Assembly: GCF_044704955.1 (NCBI RefSeq) | Contig: NC_091985.1 | Span: forward strand, 194,866,001-194,930,000 | Direction: 5' to 3' | Origin: Pristiophorus japonicus | Taxonomy: Eukaryota | DNA: 64,000 nucleotides | In this document: piece by piece, positions 1 through 12,500 of the stretch | Numbering within the stretch: the first letter of the stretch is position 1 | Layout of the letters: each line of letters opens with the position of its first letter | Made by a program: the position numbers and the translations under genes | The notes under the pieces: model-generated | Told to the model about the DNA's origin: nothing | Database searches by the model: none | What the model saw: the letters and a program-made list of their open reading frames with translations, nothing else

Positions 1-696
1 AACAGAATGAGAGAACCACAGATTAATAGAACTGCAAAAATAGAGAACAAAGAATTAGGGAAATGCAGAAATAGAGAACTGCAGAAATAGTTGACCAGAG
101 AAAGAGTTAACTGCAGAACTACAGATCTAGTGAATTACAGAACTGCAGAATTAGAGTTCAAGAGAACTAGAAAACTAGAGATCTGCAAAAATACAGAACT
201 AAGAAAGCTGGAGACCTGCATATCAAAAAAATTTAAAACAATAGAGCTGCAGAACTGGAGAACTGAACAACTAGAGAAATGCTGAACTAGAGAACTGAAG
301 AACCAGAGAACTACAGAACTAGAGAACTGAACAAATAGAGAATTGAAAAACTAGGGAACTACAGAAGTAAAGAACTGAAGAACAAGAGAACTGCGTAAAT
401 GAAGAACTAGAGAACTGCAAAAATAGAGAACTGCAGAACTAGAGAACTGCAGAACTAGAGAACTGCAGAACTAGAGAACTGCAGAACTAGAGAACTGCAG
501 AACTAGAGAACTGCAGAAGTAGAGAACTGCAGAAGTAGAGAACTGCAGAAGTAGAGAACTGCAGAAGTAGAGAACTGCAGAACTAGAGAACTGCAGAACT
601 AGAGAACTGAGGAACTACAGAACTGAAGAAATAGAGATCAGAAAACTATCGAACTGCAGGACTATTGATCTACAGAACTAGATAATTGCCGAACTA
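1..696 (+). repeat. Satellite DNA, (AGAACT-NN)n octamer frame / 16-bp dimer AGAACTAGAGAACTGC, with a near-pure 16-mer run at ~423-610
   Basis: Direct reading: continuous AGAACTAG/AGAACTGC/AGAACTAC/AGAACTGA octamer variants, A/G-rich on the + strand. Confidence 0.95.
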
Positions 697-1899
697 GGCT
701 CCCAAGTTTCCACCCGCGCCTAGAACGGCGCAGTCCCGACCTGGATGCCCGTTTTTCGCGCCACAAAGTGCGCCTAAAAAATCCTCGGTATTCTCCACCT
801 ACTTGCAGGTCCTCTGGCCCTCGGCGCAGCCAGCACGAGCTGTGGGGGGACGGAGCCAGGTCCCTGCGCTGAAAACAGTGCCAGGACCTCTGCACATGCG
901 CGCTACAGTCGGCACGCAAGTGCAGTAGCTCCAGGCGCCGAACTGTGTGGGAGGGGCCCGAAGCACGCAGTCCCTAGCCCTGGCCCAATGGCCTCACTGG
1001 GGCTGCGTGAATGAGGCTCCTCCCACGGCCAGCTCCTGCTCCCCGCCCGACCAGACCCGACACTCGCTTCCCCCCACCCCCGACCAAACCCGACACCCGC
1101 TCCGACCCGAGACCCGACACCCGCTCCCCCCCCACCCCGCACCGACCCGAGACCCGAGACCCGCTCCGCCCACCCCCGACCCGAAACCCGACACCCGCTC
1201 CCCACCGCCCCCGCCCCGACACCCGCTCCCCCCCCCCGCCCCGACCCGACACCCGAAATCCCCTCCCCCCACTGACTGACCTGACCCGCGCTCCTGTTGC
1301 CCGACCCGACGCCCCCCCCTCTCTCTCCCTCTCCCTTCCTCCCTCCCCCCCTCCCTCCCCACTCTATCTCTATCTCTCTCTCTCTCTCCCCCTCCCGCTC
1401 AGCGGCACGAACGGCTGCAGAATTCTCCCTGGCTGAAGCACTTTCACACAGGAAGGAAGATGGTTTATTTAATCTTTTCCTGGCTTATAAATGTTTATTC
1501 AGGTTGGATTTATTTGTAGAAGTATAAATAAGGATTTATTGTCGAATTTAATGAGTTCATTTCCCCCCGCCCCTCCCCCCCACCTCGTTCTGGACGCCTA
1601 ATTTGTAACCTGCGCCTGATTTTTTAATGTGTAGAACAGGTTTTTTCAGTTCTACAAAAATCTTCACTGGCTCCATTCGACTTTAATTTGGAGTACATTC
1701 TCACTGTGGAAACTTTCAAATCAGGTGTCAGTGGCCGGACACGCCCCATTTTGAAGAAAAAATTCTGTTCTAAACTAGAACTGTTCTACCTGACTAGAAC
1801 TGCAGAAAAAAAATGTGGAGAATTGCGATTTCTAAAATAGTCCGTTCTCCACCAGTTGCTCCTAAAAATCAGGTGCGAATCATGTGGAAACTTGGGCCC
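697..1899 (+). mobile_element. Non-autonomous TIR DNA transposon (MITE-like, possibly PIF/Harbinger-related), copy 1
   Basis: Left end GGCTCCCAAGTTTCCAC (697-713) and right end GTGGAAACTTGGGCCC (1884-1899) share a perfect 13-bp inverted core. TA (or CTA) lies on both sides. No transposase ORF. Termini and subterminal regions are homologous to 28339-30801. The superfamily is inferred only from the GGGCCC-like termini. Confidence 0.8.
1040..1395. repeat. C-rich low-complexity tract inside TIR element 1: (CCCGAC/CCCGAGA)-like repeats followed by a CT-rich tract
   Basis: Direct reading; this tract explains the Pro-rich and Gly-rich ORFs in the ORF track. Confidence 0.9.
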
Positions 1900-2727
1900 T
1901 AAATAACTACAGAAATAGAGAATTGAAAAACTAGAGAATTAGAAAACTATTGAACTAAAGAAGGAGAGAACTGAAGAACTAGAGAACTGGATAACTTGAG
2001 AACAGCAGAAATGAAGTACTAGAGAACTGAAGAACTGGAGAACTACAGATCCATCGAACTGCAGAACTAGAGAACTGAAGAACTGGAGAACAGCAAAATT
2101 AGAGAATTACAGAACTAGAGAACTGAAGAACTAAAGAACTGCAATATTAGAGAACCGCAGAACAAAGAAACTAGATCTAGAGAACTGCAGATCTAGAGAA
2201 AACAGAATTAGAGAAACACAGATTTACAGAACCGCAAAACTAGACAACAAAGAATTAGGGAAATGCAGAAATAGAGAACTGCAGAAATAGATGACCAGAG
2301 AACAGTTAACTGCAGAACTACAGATCTAGTTAATTATAGAAATGCAGAATTAGAGTTCAAGAGAACTAGAAAACTAGAGATCTGCAAAAATACAGAACTA
2401 AGAGAGTTGGAGAACTGCATATCAAGAGAATTGAAAACAATAGAACTGCAGAACTGGAAAACTGAACAACTAGAGATATGCAGAACTAGAGAACTGAAGA
2501 ACCAGAGAACTACAAACTAGAGAACTGAAGATGCAGAGAACTACAGAACTCGAGAACTGAACAATAGAGAATTGAATAACGAGAGAACTGAAAAACAAGA
2601 GAACTACAGACCGAGAGAGCTGAAGAACAAAGAGCTACGGAACTAGAGAACAGAAGAACTAGAGAACTACTGAACGAGAGAATTACAGAACTAGAGAACT
2701 GAAGAACAAGAAAACTTTGTAAATGAA

Positions 2728-3585
2728 GAACTCGAGAACGGCAGAACTCGAGAACGGCAGAACTCGAGAACGGCAGAACTCGAGAACGGCAGAACTCGAG
2801 AACGGCAGAACTCGAGAACGGCAGAACTCGAGAACGGCAGAACTCGAGAACGGCAGAACTCGAGAACGGCAGAACTCGAGAACGGCAGAACTCGAGAACG
2901 GCAGAACTCGAGAACGGCAGAACTCGAGAACGGCAGAACTCGAGAACGGCAGAACTCGAGAACGGCAGAACTCGAGAACGGCAGAACTCGAGAACGGCAG
3001 AACTCGAGAACGGCAGAACTCGAGAACGGCAGAACTCGAGAACGGCAGAACTCGAGAACGGCAGAACTCGAGAACGGCAGAACTCGAGAACTGCAGAACT
3101 CGAGAACTGCAGAACTCGAGAACTGCAGAACTCGAGAACTGCAGAACTCGAGAACTGCAGAACTCGAGAACTGCAGAACTCGAGAACTGCAGAACTCGAG
3201 AACTGCAGAACTCGAGAACTGCAGAACTCGAGAACTGCAGAACTCGAGAACTGCAGAACTCGAGAACTGCAGACCTCGAGAACTGCAGACCTAGAGAACT
3301 GCAGACCTAGAGAACTGCAGACCTAGAGAACTGCAGACCTAGAGAACTGCAGACCTAGAGAACTGCAGACCTAGAGAACTGCAGACCTAGAGAACTGCAG
3401 ACCTAGAGAACTGCAGACCTAGAGAACTGCAGACCTAGAGAACTGCAGACCTAGAGAACTGCAGACCTAGAGAACTGCAGACCTAGAGAACTGCAGACCT
3501 AGAGAACTGCAGACCGAGAGAACTGCAGACCGAGAGAACTGCAGACCGAGAGAACTGCAGACCGAGAGAACTGCAGACCTAGAGC
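2728..3585 (+). repeat. Graded 16-bp tandem array, type A (also ~8475-9378 and ~14126-15205)
   Basis: (AGAACTCGAGAACGGC)n, then (AGAACTCGAGAACTGC)n, AGACCTCGAGAACTGC, (AGACCTAGAGAACTGC)n, (AGACCGAGAGAACTGC)n. Confidence 0.95.
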
Positions 3586-5589
3586 ACTGAGGAACTACAG
3601 AATTGAAGAAATAGAGAACAGACAACTACTGAACTGCAGAACTGGAGAACTACAGAATGAGAGAACTGAAGAAATACTGATCAGAAGAACTAGTGAACTA
3701 CAGATCTAGAGAACTGCTGAACTAGAGGATTAGAGAAAATAATATTTAGATGACGGCAGAACTAAAGAACTGCAGAACTAGAGAACTGAGGAACTACAGA
3801 ACTGAAGAAATAGAGATCAGAAAACTAGTGAACTGCTGGACTAGGGATCTACAGAACTAGATAATTGCAGAACTAGAGAACTAGAGAAATGAAGGCCTAG
3901 AGAACGAGAGATCTACAGAACTACAGAACTAGAGAACTACAGAACTAGACAACTACAGAACTAGATAACTGAGGATCTACAGAACTGAAGAAATAGAGAA
4001 CAGAACACTAATGAACTGCAGAACTGGAGAACTGCAGAACTGTAGAACTACAGAACTAGAGAACTACAGAACTAGAGAACTGCATAAATAGAGAATCGAA
4101 GGACTAGAGACGCAGAGCCACAGATCTTCAGAAATGTAGAACTTTGGAATGAGAGATCTGCACAATTCACAAAGCTGAGAACTGGGGAACTGCAAAATGA
4201 AAGAAGTAGCGAAGAAGGGAACTGCAGGACTAGAGAACTGGAGAACTGGAGAATAAGATAAGTAGAGAATTAGAGAGCGGCAGAACTAGAGAACTGCAGA
4301 TTTAGAGAATAAGAAGTACAGGCCTACAGGACAACAGAACAAGAGAACTGCAGAATTAGAGACCTACAGATAGAGAACTGCATAATTTGTGAAGTACAGA
4401 ATTAGGGAACTGCAGAACTACAGAACGAATGAACTAGAGAACTACAGAAATAGAGAACTACAAAACTAGAGAACTACAGAACTAGAGAACTACAGAACTA
4501 GAGAACTACAGAACTAGAGAACAGAAGAACTAGAGAACAGAAGAACTAGAGAACAGAAGAACTAGAGAACAGAAGAACTAGAGAACAGAAGAACTAGAGA
4601 ACAGAAGAACTAGAGAACAGAAGAACTAGAGAACAGAAGAACTAGAGAACAGGAGAACCAGAGAACTGCAGAAATAAACAACTGGAGAACTTTAAAACTG
4701 GAGAACTGCAGTACTATATAACTACAGAAATAGAGAATTGAAAAACGAGAGAATTAGAAAACTATTGAACTACAGAAGGAGACAACTGAAGAAATAGAGA
4801 ACTGGAGAACTTGAGAACTGCAGAAATGGAGAACTGCAGAAATGAAGAACTAGAGAACTGAAGAACTGGAGAACTACAGAATCATCATACAGCAGAACTA
4901 GAGAACTGAAGAACTGGAGAACAGCAAAATTAGAGAATTACAGAACTAGAGAACTGAAGAACTAAAGAACTGCAAAATTAGAGAACTGCAGAAAAAGTAA
5001 ACTAGATCGAGAGAACTGCAGATCTAGAGAAAACAGAATTAGAGAACCACAGATATACAGAACCGCAAAACTAGACAACAAAGAATTAGGGAAATGCAGA
5101 AATAGAGAACTGCAGAAATAGATGACCAGAGAACAGTTAACTGCAGAACTACAGATCTAGTTAATTATAGAAATGCAGAATTAAAGTTCAAGAGAACTAG
5201 AAAACTAGAGATCTGCAAAAATACAGAACTAAGAGAGCTGGAGAACTGCATATCAAGAGAATTGAAAACAATAGAACTGCAGAACTGGAAAACTGAACAA
5301 CTAGAGATATGCAGAACTAGAGAACTGAAGAACCAGAGAACTACAAACTAGAGAACTGAAGATGCAGAGAACTACAGAACTCGAGAACTGAACAATAGAG
5401 AATTGAATAACGAGAGAACTGAAAAACAAGAGAACTACAGACCGAGAGAGCTGAAGAACAAAGAGCTACGGAACTAGAGAACAGAAGAACTAGAGAACTA
5501 CTGAACGAGAGAATTACAGAACTAGAGAACTGAAGAACAAGAAAACTTTGTAAATGAAGAACTAGAGAACAGAAGACCTGGAGAATTAC

Positions 5590-6575
5590 AGAACTCGAGA
5601 ACGGCAGAAGTCGAGAACGGCAGAAGTCGAGAACGGCAGAAGTCGAGAACGGCAGAAGTCGAGAACGGCAGAAGTCGAGAACGGCAGAAGTCGAGAACGG
5701 CAGAAGTCGAGAACGGCAGAAGTCGAGAACGGCAGAAGTCGAGAACGGCAGAAGTCGAGAACGGCAGAAGTCGAGAACGGCAGAAGTCGAGAACGGCAGA
5801 AGTCGAGAACGGCAGAAGTCGAGAACGGCAGAAGTCGAGAACGGCAGAAGTCGAGAACGGCAGAAGTCGAGAACGGCAGAAGTCGAGAACGGCAGAAGTC
5901 GAGAACGGCAGAACTCGAGAACGGCAGAAGTCGAGAACGGCAGAAGTCGAGAACGGCAGAAGTCGAGAACGGCAGAACTCGAGAACTGCAGAACTCGAGA
6001 ACTGCAGAACTCGAGAACTGCAGAACTCGAGAACTGCAGACCTAGAGAACTGCAGACCTAGAGAACTGCAGACCTAGAGAACTGCAGACCTAGAGAACTG
6101 CAGACCTAGAGAACTGCAGACCTAGAGAACTGCAGACCTAGAGAACTGCAGACCTAGAGAACTGCAGACCTAGAGAACTGCAGACCTAGAGAACTGCAGA
6201 CCTAGAGAACTGCAGACCTAGAGAACTGCAGACCTAGAGAACTGCAGACCTAGAGAACTGCAGACCTAGAGAACTGCAGACCTAGAGAACTGCAGACCTA
6301 GAGAACTGCAGACCTAGAGAACTGCAGACCTAGAGAACTGCAGACCTAGAGAACTGCAGACCTAGAGAACTGCAGACCTAGAGAACTGCAGACCTAGAGA
6401 ACTGCAGACCTAGAGAACTGCAGACCTAGAGAACTGCAGACCTAGAGAACTGCAGACCTAGAGAACTGCAGACCTAGAGAACTGCAGACCTAGAGAACTG
6501 CAGACCTAGAGAACTGCAGACCTAGAGAACAGCAGACCTAGAGAACTGCAGACCTAGAGAACTGCAGACCTAGAG
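5590..6575 (+). repeat. Graded 16-bp tandem array, type B (also ~11369-12226)
   Basis: (AGAAGTCGAGAACGGC)n, then a few AGAACTCGAGAACTGC, then (AGACCTAGAGAACTGC)n. Confidence 0.95.
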
Positions 6576-9500
6576 CACTGAGGAACTACAGAATTGAAGA
6601 AATAGAGAACAGACAACTACTGAACTGCAGAACTGGAGAACTACAGAATGAGAGAACTGAAGAAATACTGATCAGAAGAACTAGTGAACTACAGAACTAG
6701 AGAACTGCAGAACTAGAGGATTAGAGAAAATAATATTTAGATGACGGCAGAACTAAAGAACTGCAGAACTAGAGAACTGAGGAACTACAGAACTGAAGAA
6801 ATAGAGATCAGAAAACTAGTGAACTGCTGGACTAGGGATCTACAGAACTAGATAATTGCAGAACTAGAGAACTAGAGAAATGAAGGCCTAGAGAACGAGA
6901 GATCTACAGAACTACAGAACTAGAGAACTACAGAACTAGACAACTACAGAACTAGATAACTGAGGATCTACAGAACTGAAGAAATAGAGAACAGAAAACT
7001 AATGAACTGCAGAACTGGAGAACTGCAGAACTGTAGAACTACAGAACTAGAGAACTACAGAACTAGAGAACTACAGAACTTGAGAACTGCACAAATAGAG
7101 AATCGAAGGACTAGAGACGCAGAGCCACAGATCTTCAGAAATGTAGAACTTTGGAATGAGAGATCTGCACAATTCACAAAGCTGAGAACTGGGGAACTGC
7201 AGAATGAAAGAAGTAGCGAAGAAGGGAACTGCAGGACTAGAGAACTGGAGAACTGGAGAATAAGATAAGTAGAGAATTAGAGAGCGGCAGAACTAGAGAA
7301 CTGCAGATTTAGAGAATAAGAAGTACAGGCCTACAGGACAACAGAACAAGAGAACTGCAGAATTAGAGACCTACAGGTAGAGAACTGCATAATTTGTGAA
7401 GTACAGAATTAGGGAACTGCAGAACTACAGAACTAATGAACTAGAGAACTACAGAAATAGAGAACTACAAAACTAGAGAACGACAGAACTAGAGAACTAC
7501 AGAACTAGAGAACTACAGAACTAGAGAACAGAAGAACTAGAGAACAGAAGAACTAGAGAACAGAAGAACTAGAGAACAGAAGAACTAGAGAACAGGAGAA
7601 CCAGAGAACTGCAGAAATAAACAACTGGAGAACTTTAAAACTGGAGAACTGCAGTACTATATAACTACAGAAATAGAGAATTGAAAAACGAGAGAATTAG
7701 AAAACTATTGAACTACAGAAGGAGACAACTGAAGAAATAGAGAACTGGAGAACTTGAGAACTGCAGAAATGGAGAACTGCAGAAATGAAGAACTAGAGAA
7801 CTGAAGAACTGGAGAACTACAGAATCATCATACAGCAGAACTAGAGAACTGAAGAACTGGAGAACAGCAAAATTAGAGAATTACAGAACTAGAGAACTGA
7901 AGAACTAAAGAACTGCAAAATTAGAGAACTGCAGAAAAAGTAAACTAGATCGAGAGAACTGCAGATCTAGAGAAAACAGAATTAGAGAACCACAGATATA
8001 CAGAACCGCAAAACTAGACAACAAAGAATTAGGGAAATGCAGAAATAGAGAACTGCAGAAATAGATGACCAGAGAACAGTTAACTGCAGAACTACAGATC
8101 TAGTTAATTATAGAAATGCAGAATTAAAGTTCAAGAGAACTAGAAAACTAGAGATCTGCAAAAATACAGAACTAAGAGAGCTGGAGAACTGCATATCAAG
8201 AGAATTGAAAACAATAGAACTGCAGAACTGGAAAACTGAACAACTAGAGATATGCAGAACTAGAGAACTGAAGAACCAGAGAACTACAAACTAGAGAACT
8301 GAAGATGCAGAGAACTACAGAACTCGAGAACTGAACAATAGAGAATTGAATAACGAGAGAACTGAAAAACAAAACAAAGAGCTACGGAACTAGAGAACAG
8401 AAGAACTAGAGAACTACTGAACGAGAGAATTACAGAACTAGAGAACTGAAGAACAAGAAAACTTTGTAAATGAAGAACTCGAGAACGGCAGAACTCGAGA
8501 ACGGCAGAACTCGAGAACGGCAGAACTCGAGAACGGCAGAACTCGAGAACGGCAGAACTCGAGAACGGCAGAACTCGAGAACGGCAGAACTCGAGAACGG
8601 CAGAACTCGAGAACGGCAGAACTCGAGAACGGCAGAACTCGAGAACGGCAGAACTCGAGAACGGCAGAACTCGAGAACGGCAGAACTCGAGAACGGCAGA
8701 ACTCGAGAACGGCAGAACTCGAGAACGGCAGAACTCGAGAACGGCAGAACTCGAGAACGGCAGAACTCGAGAACGGCAGAACTCGAGAACGGCAGAACTC
8801 GAGAACGGCAGAACTCGAGAACGGCAGAACTCGAGAACGGCAGAACTCGAGAACGGCAGAACTCGAGAACGGCAGAACTCGAGAACGGCAGAACTCGAGA
8901 ACTGCAGAACTCGAGAACTGCAGAACTCGAGAACTGCAGAACTCGAGAACTGCAGAACTCGAGAACTGCAGAACTCGAGAACTGCAGAACTCGAGAACTG
9001 CAGAACTCGAGAACTGCAGAACTCGAGAACTGCAGAACTCGAGAACTGCAGAACTCGAGAACTGCAGAACTCGAGAACTGCAGACCTCGAGAACTGCAGA
9101 CCTCGAGAACTGCAGACCTCGAGAACTGCAGACCTAGAGAACTGCAGACCTAGAGAACTGCAGACCTAGAGAACTGCAGACCTAGAGAACTGCAGACCTA
9201 GAGAACTGCAGACCTAGAGAACTGCAGACCTAGAGAACTGCAGACCTAGAGAACTGCAGACCTAGAGAACTGCAGACCTAGAGAACTGCAGACCTAGAGA
9301 ACTGCAGACCGAGAGAACTGCAGACCGAGAGAACTGCAGACCGAGAGAACTGCAGACCGAGAGAACTGCAGACCTAGAGCACTGAGGAACTACAGAATTG
9401 AAGAAATAGAGAACAGACAACTACTGAACTGCAGAACTGGAGAACTACAGAATGAGAGAACTGAAGAAATACTGATCAGAAGAACTAGTGAACTACAGAT

Positions 9501-12500
9501 CTAGAGAACTGCTGAACTAGAGGATTAGAGAAAATAATATTTAGATGACGGCAGAACTAAAGAACTGCAGAACTAGAGAACTGAGGAACTACAGAACTGA
9601 AGAAATAGAGATCAGAAAACTAGTGAACTGCTGGACTAGGGATCTACAGAACTAGATAATTGCAGAACTAGAGAACTAGAGAAATGAAGGCCTAGAGAAC
9701 GAGAGATCTACAGAACTACAGAACTAGAGAACTACAGAACTAGACAACTACAGAACTAGATAACTGAGGATCTACAGAACTGAAGAAATAGAGAACAGAA
9801 CACTAATGAACTGCAGAACTGGAGAACTGCAGAACTGTAGAACTACAGAACTAGAGAACTACAGAACTAGAGAACTGCATAAATAGAGAATCGAAGGACT
9901 AGAGACGCAGAGCCACAGATCTTCAGAAATGTAGAACTTTGGAATGAGAGATCTGCACAATTCACAAAGCTGAGAACTGGGGAACTGCAAAATGAAAGAA
10001 GTAGCGAAGAAGGGAACTGCAGGACTAGAGAACTGGAGAACTGGAGAATAAGATAAGTAGAGAATTAGAGAGCGGCAGAACTAGAGAACTGCAGATTTAG
10101 AGAATAAGAAGTACAGGCCTACAGGACAACAGAACAAGAGAACTGCAGAATTAGAGACCTACAGATAGAGAACTGCATAATTTGTGAAGTACAGAATTAG
10201 GGAACTGCAGAACTACAGAACGAATGAACTAGAGAACTACAGAAATAGAGAACTACAAAACTAGAGAACTACAGAACTAGAGAACTACAGAACTAGAGAA
10301 CTACAGAACTAGAGAACAGAAGAACTAGAGAACAGAAGAACTAGAGAACAGAAGAACTAGAGAACAGAAGAACTAGAGAACAGAAGAACTAGAGAACAGA
10401 AGAACTAGAGAACAGAAGAACTAGAGAACAGGAGAACCAGAGAACTGCAGAAATAAACAACTGGAGAACTTTAAAACTGGAGAACTGCAGTACTATATAA
10501 CTACAGAAATAGAGAATTGAAAAACGAGAGAATTAGAAAACTATTGAACTACAGAAGGAGACAACTGAAGAAATAGAGAACTGGAGAACTTGAGAACTGC
10601 AGAAATGGAGAACTGCAGAAATGAAGAACTAGAGAACTGAAGAACTGGAGAACTACAGAATCATCATACAGCAGAACTAGAGAACTGAAGAACTGGAGAA
10701 CAGCAAAATTAGAGAATTACAGAACTAGAGAACTGAAGAACTAAAGAACTGCAAAATTAGAGAACTGCAGAAAAAGTAAACTAGATCGAGAGAACTGCAG
10801 ATCTAGAGAAAACAGAATTAGAGAACCACAGATATACAGAACCGCAAAACTAGACAACAAAGAATTAGGGAAATGCAGAAATAGAGAACTGCAGAAATAG
10901 ATGACCAGAGAACAGTTAACTGCAGAACTACAGATCTAGTTAATTATAGAAATGCAGAATTAAAGTTCAAGAGAACTAGAAAACTAGAGATCTGCAAAAA
11001 TACAGAACTAAGAGAGCTGGAGAACTGCATATCAAGAGAATTGAAAACAATAGAACTGCAGAACTGGAAAACTGAACAACTAGAGATATGCAGAACTAGA
11101 GAACTGAAGAACCAGAGAACTACAAACTAGAGAACTGAAGATGCAGAGAACTACAGAACTCGAGAACTGAACAATAGAGAATTGAATAACGAGAGAACTG
11201 AAAAACAAGAGAACTACAGACCGAGAGAGCTGAAGAACAAAGAGCTACGGAACTAGAGAACAGAAGAACTAGAGAACTACTGAACGAGAGAATTACAGAA
11301 CTAGAGAACTGAAGAACAAGAAAACTTTGTAAATGAAGAACTAGAGAACAGAAGACCTGGAGAATTACAGAACTCGAGAACGGCAGAAGTCGAGAACGGC
11401 AGAAGTCGAGAACGGCAGAAGTCGAGAACGGCAGAAGTCGAGAACGGCAGAAGTCGAGAACGGCAGAAGTCGAGAACGGCAGAAGTCGAGAACGGCAGAA
11501 GTCGAGAACGGCAGAAGTCGAGAACGGCAGAAGTCGAGAACGGCAGAAGTCGAGAACGGCAGAAGTCGAGAACGGCAGAAGTCGAGAACGGCAGAAGTCG
11601 AGAACGGCAGAAGTCGAGAACGGCAGAAGTCGAGAACGGCAGAACTCGAGAAAGGCAGAACTCGAGAACTGCAGAACTCGAGAACTGCAGAACTCGAGAA
11701 CTGCAGAACTCGAGAACTGCAGACCTAGAGAACTGCAGACCTAGAGAACTGCAGACCTAGAGAACTGCAGACCTAGAGAACTGCAGACCTAGAGAACTGC
11801 AGACCTAGAGAACTGCAGACCTAGAGAACTGCAGACCTAGAGAACTGCAGACCTAGAGAACTGCAGACCTAGAGAACTGCAGACCTAGAGAACTGCAGAC
11901 CTAGAGAACTGCAGACCTAGAGAACTGCAGACCTAGAGAACTGCAGACCTAGAGAACTGCAGACCTAGAGAACTGCAGACCTAGAGAACTGCAGACCTAG
12001 AGAACTGCAGACCTAGAGAACTGCAGACCTAGAGAACTGCAGACCTAGAGAACTGCAGACCTAGAGAACTGCAGACCTAGAGAACTGCAGACCTAGAGAA
12101 CTGCAGACCTAGAGAACTGCAGACCTAGAGAACTGCAGACCTAGAGAACAGCAGACCTAGAGAACAGCAGACCTAGAGAACTGCAGACCTAGAGAACTGC
12201 AGACCTAGAGAACTGCAGACCTAGAGCACTGAGGAACTACAGAATTGAAGAAATAGAGAACAGACAACTACTGAACTGCAGAACTGGAGAACTACAGAAT
12301 GAGAGAACTGAAGAAATACTGATCAGAAGAACTAGTGAACTACAGAACTAGAGAACTGCAGAACTAGAGGATTAGAGAAAATAATATTTAGATGACGGCA
12401 GAACTAAAGAACTGCAGAACTAGAGAACTGAGGAACTACAGAACTGAAGAAATAGAGATCAGAAAACTAGTGAACTGCTGGACTAGGGATCTACAGAACT

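Noticed and set aside
903-1527. Pro-rich and Gly-rich ORFs here and at 28473-30409
   Set aside because: Translations of C-rich low-complexity tracts on both strands and in several frames; no transposase or other domain motifs.
2723-3310. Long repetitive ORFs (RTAELENGRTRERQNS)n at 2723, 8470 and 14121
   Set aside because: They arise because the TAG>TCG 16-mer variant removes the stop codon, and they end where CTAG returns. No evidence of a gene.
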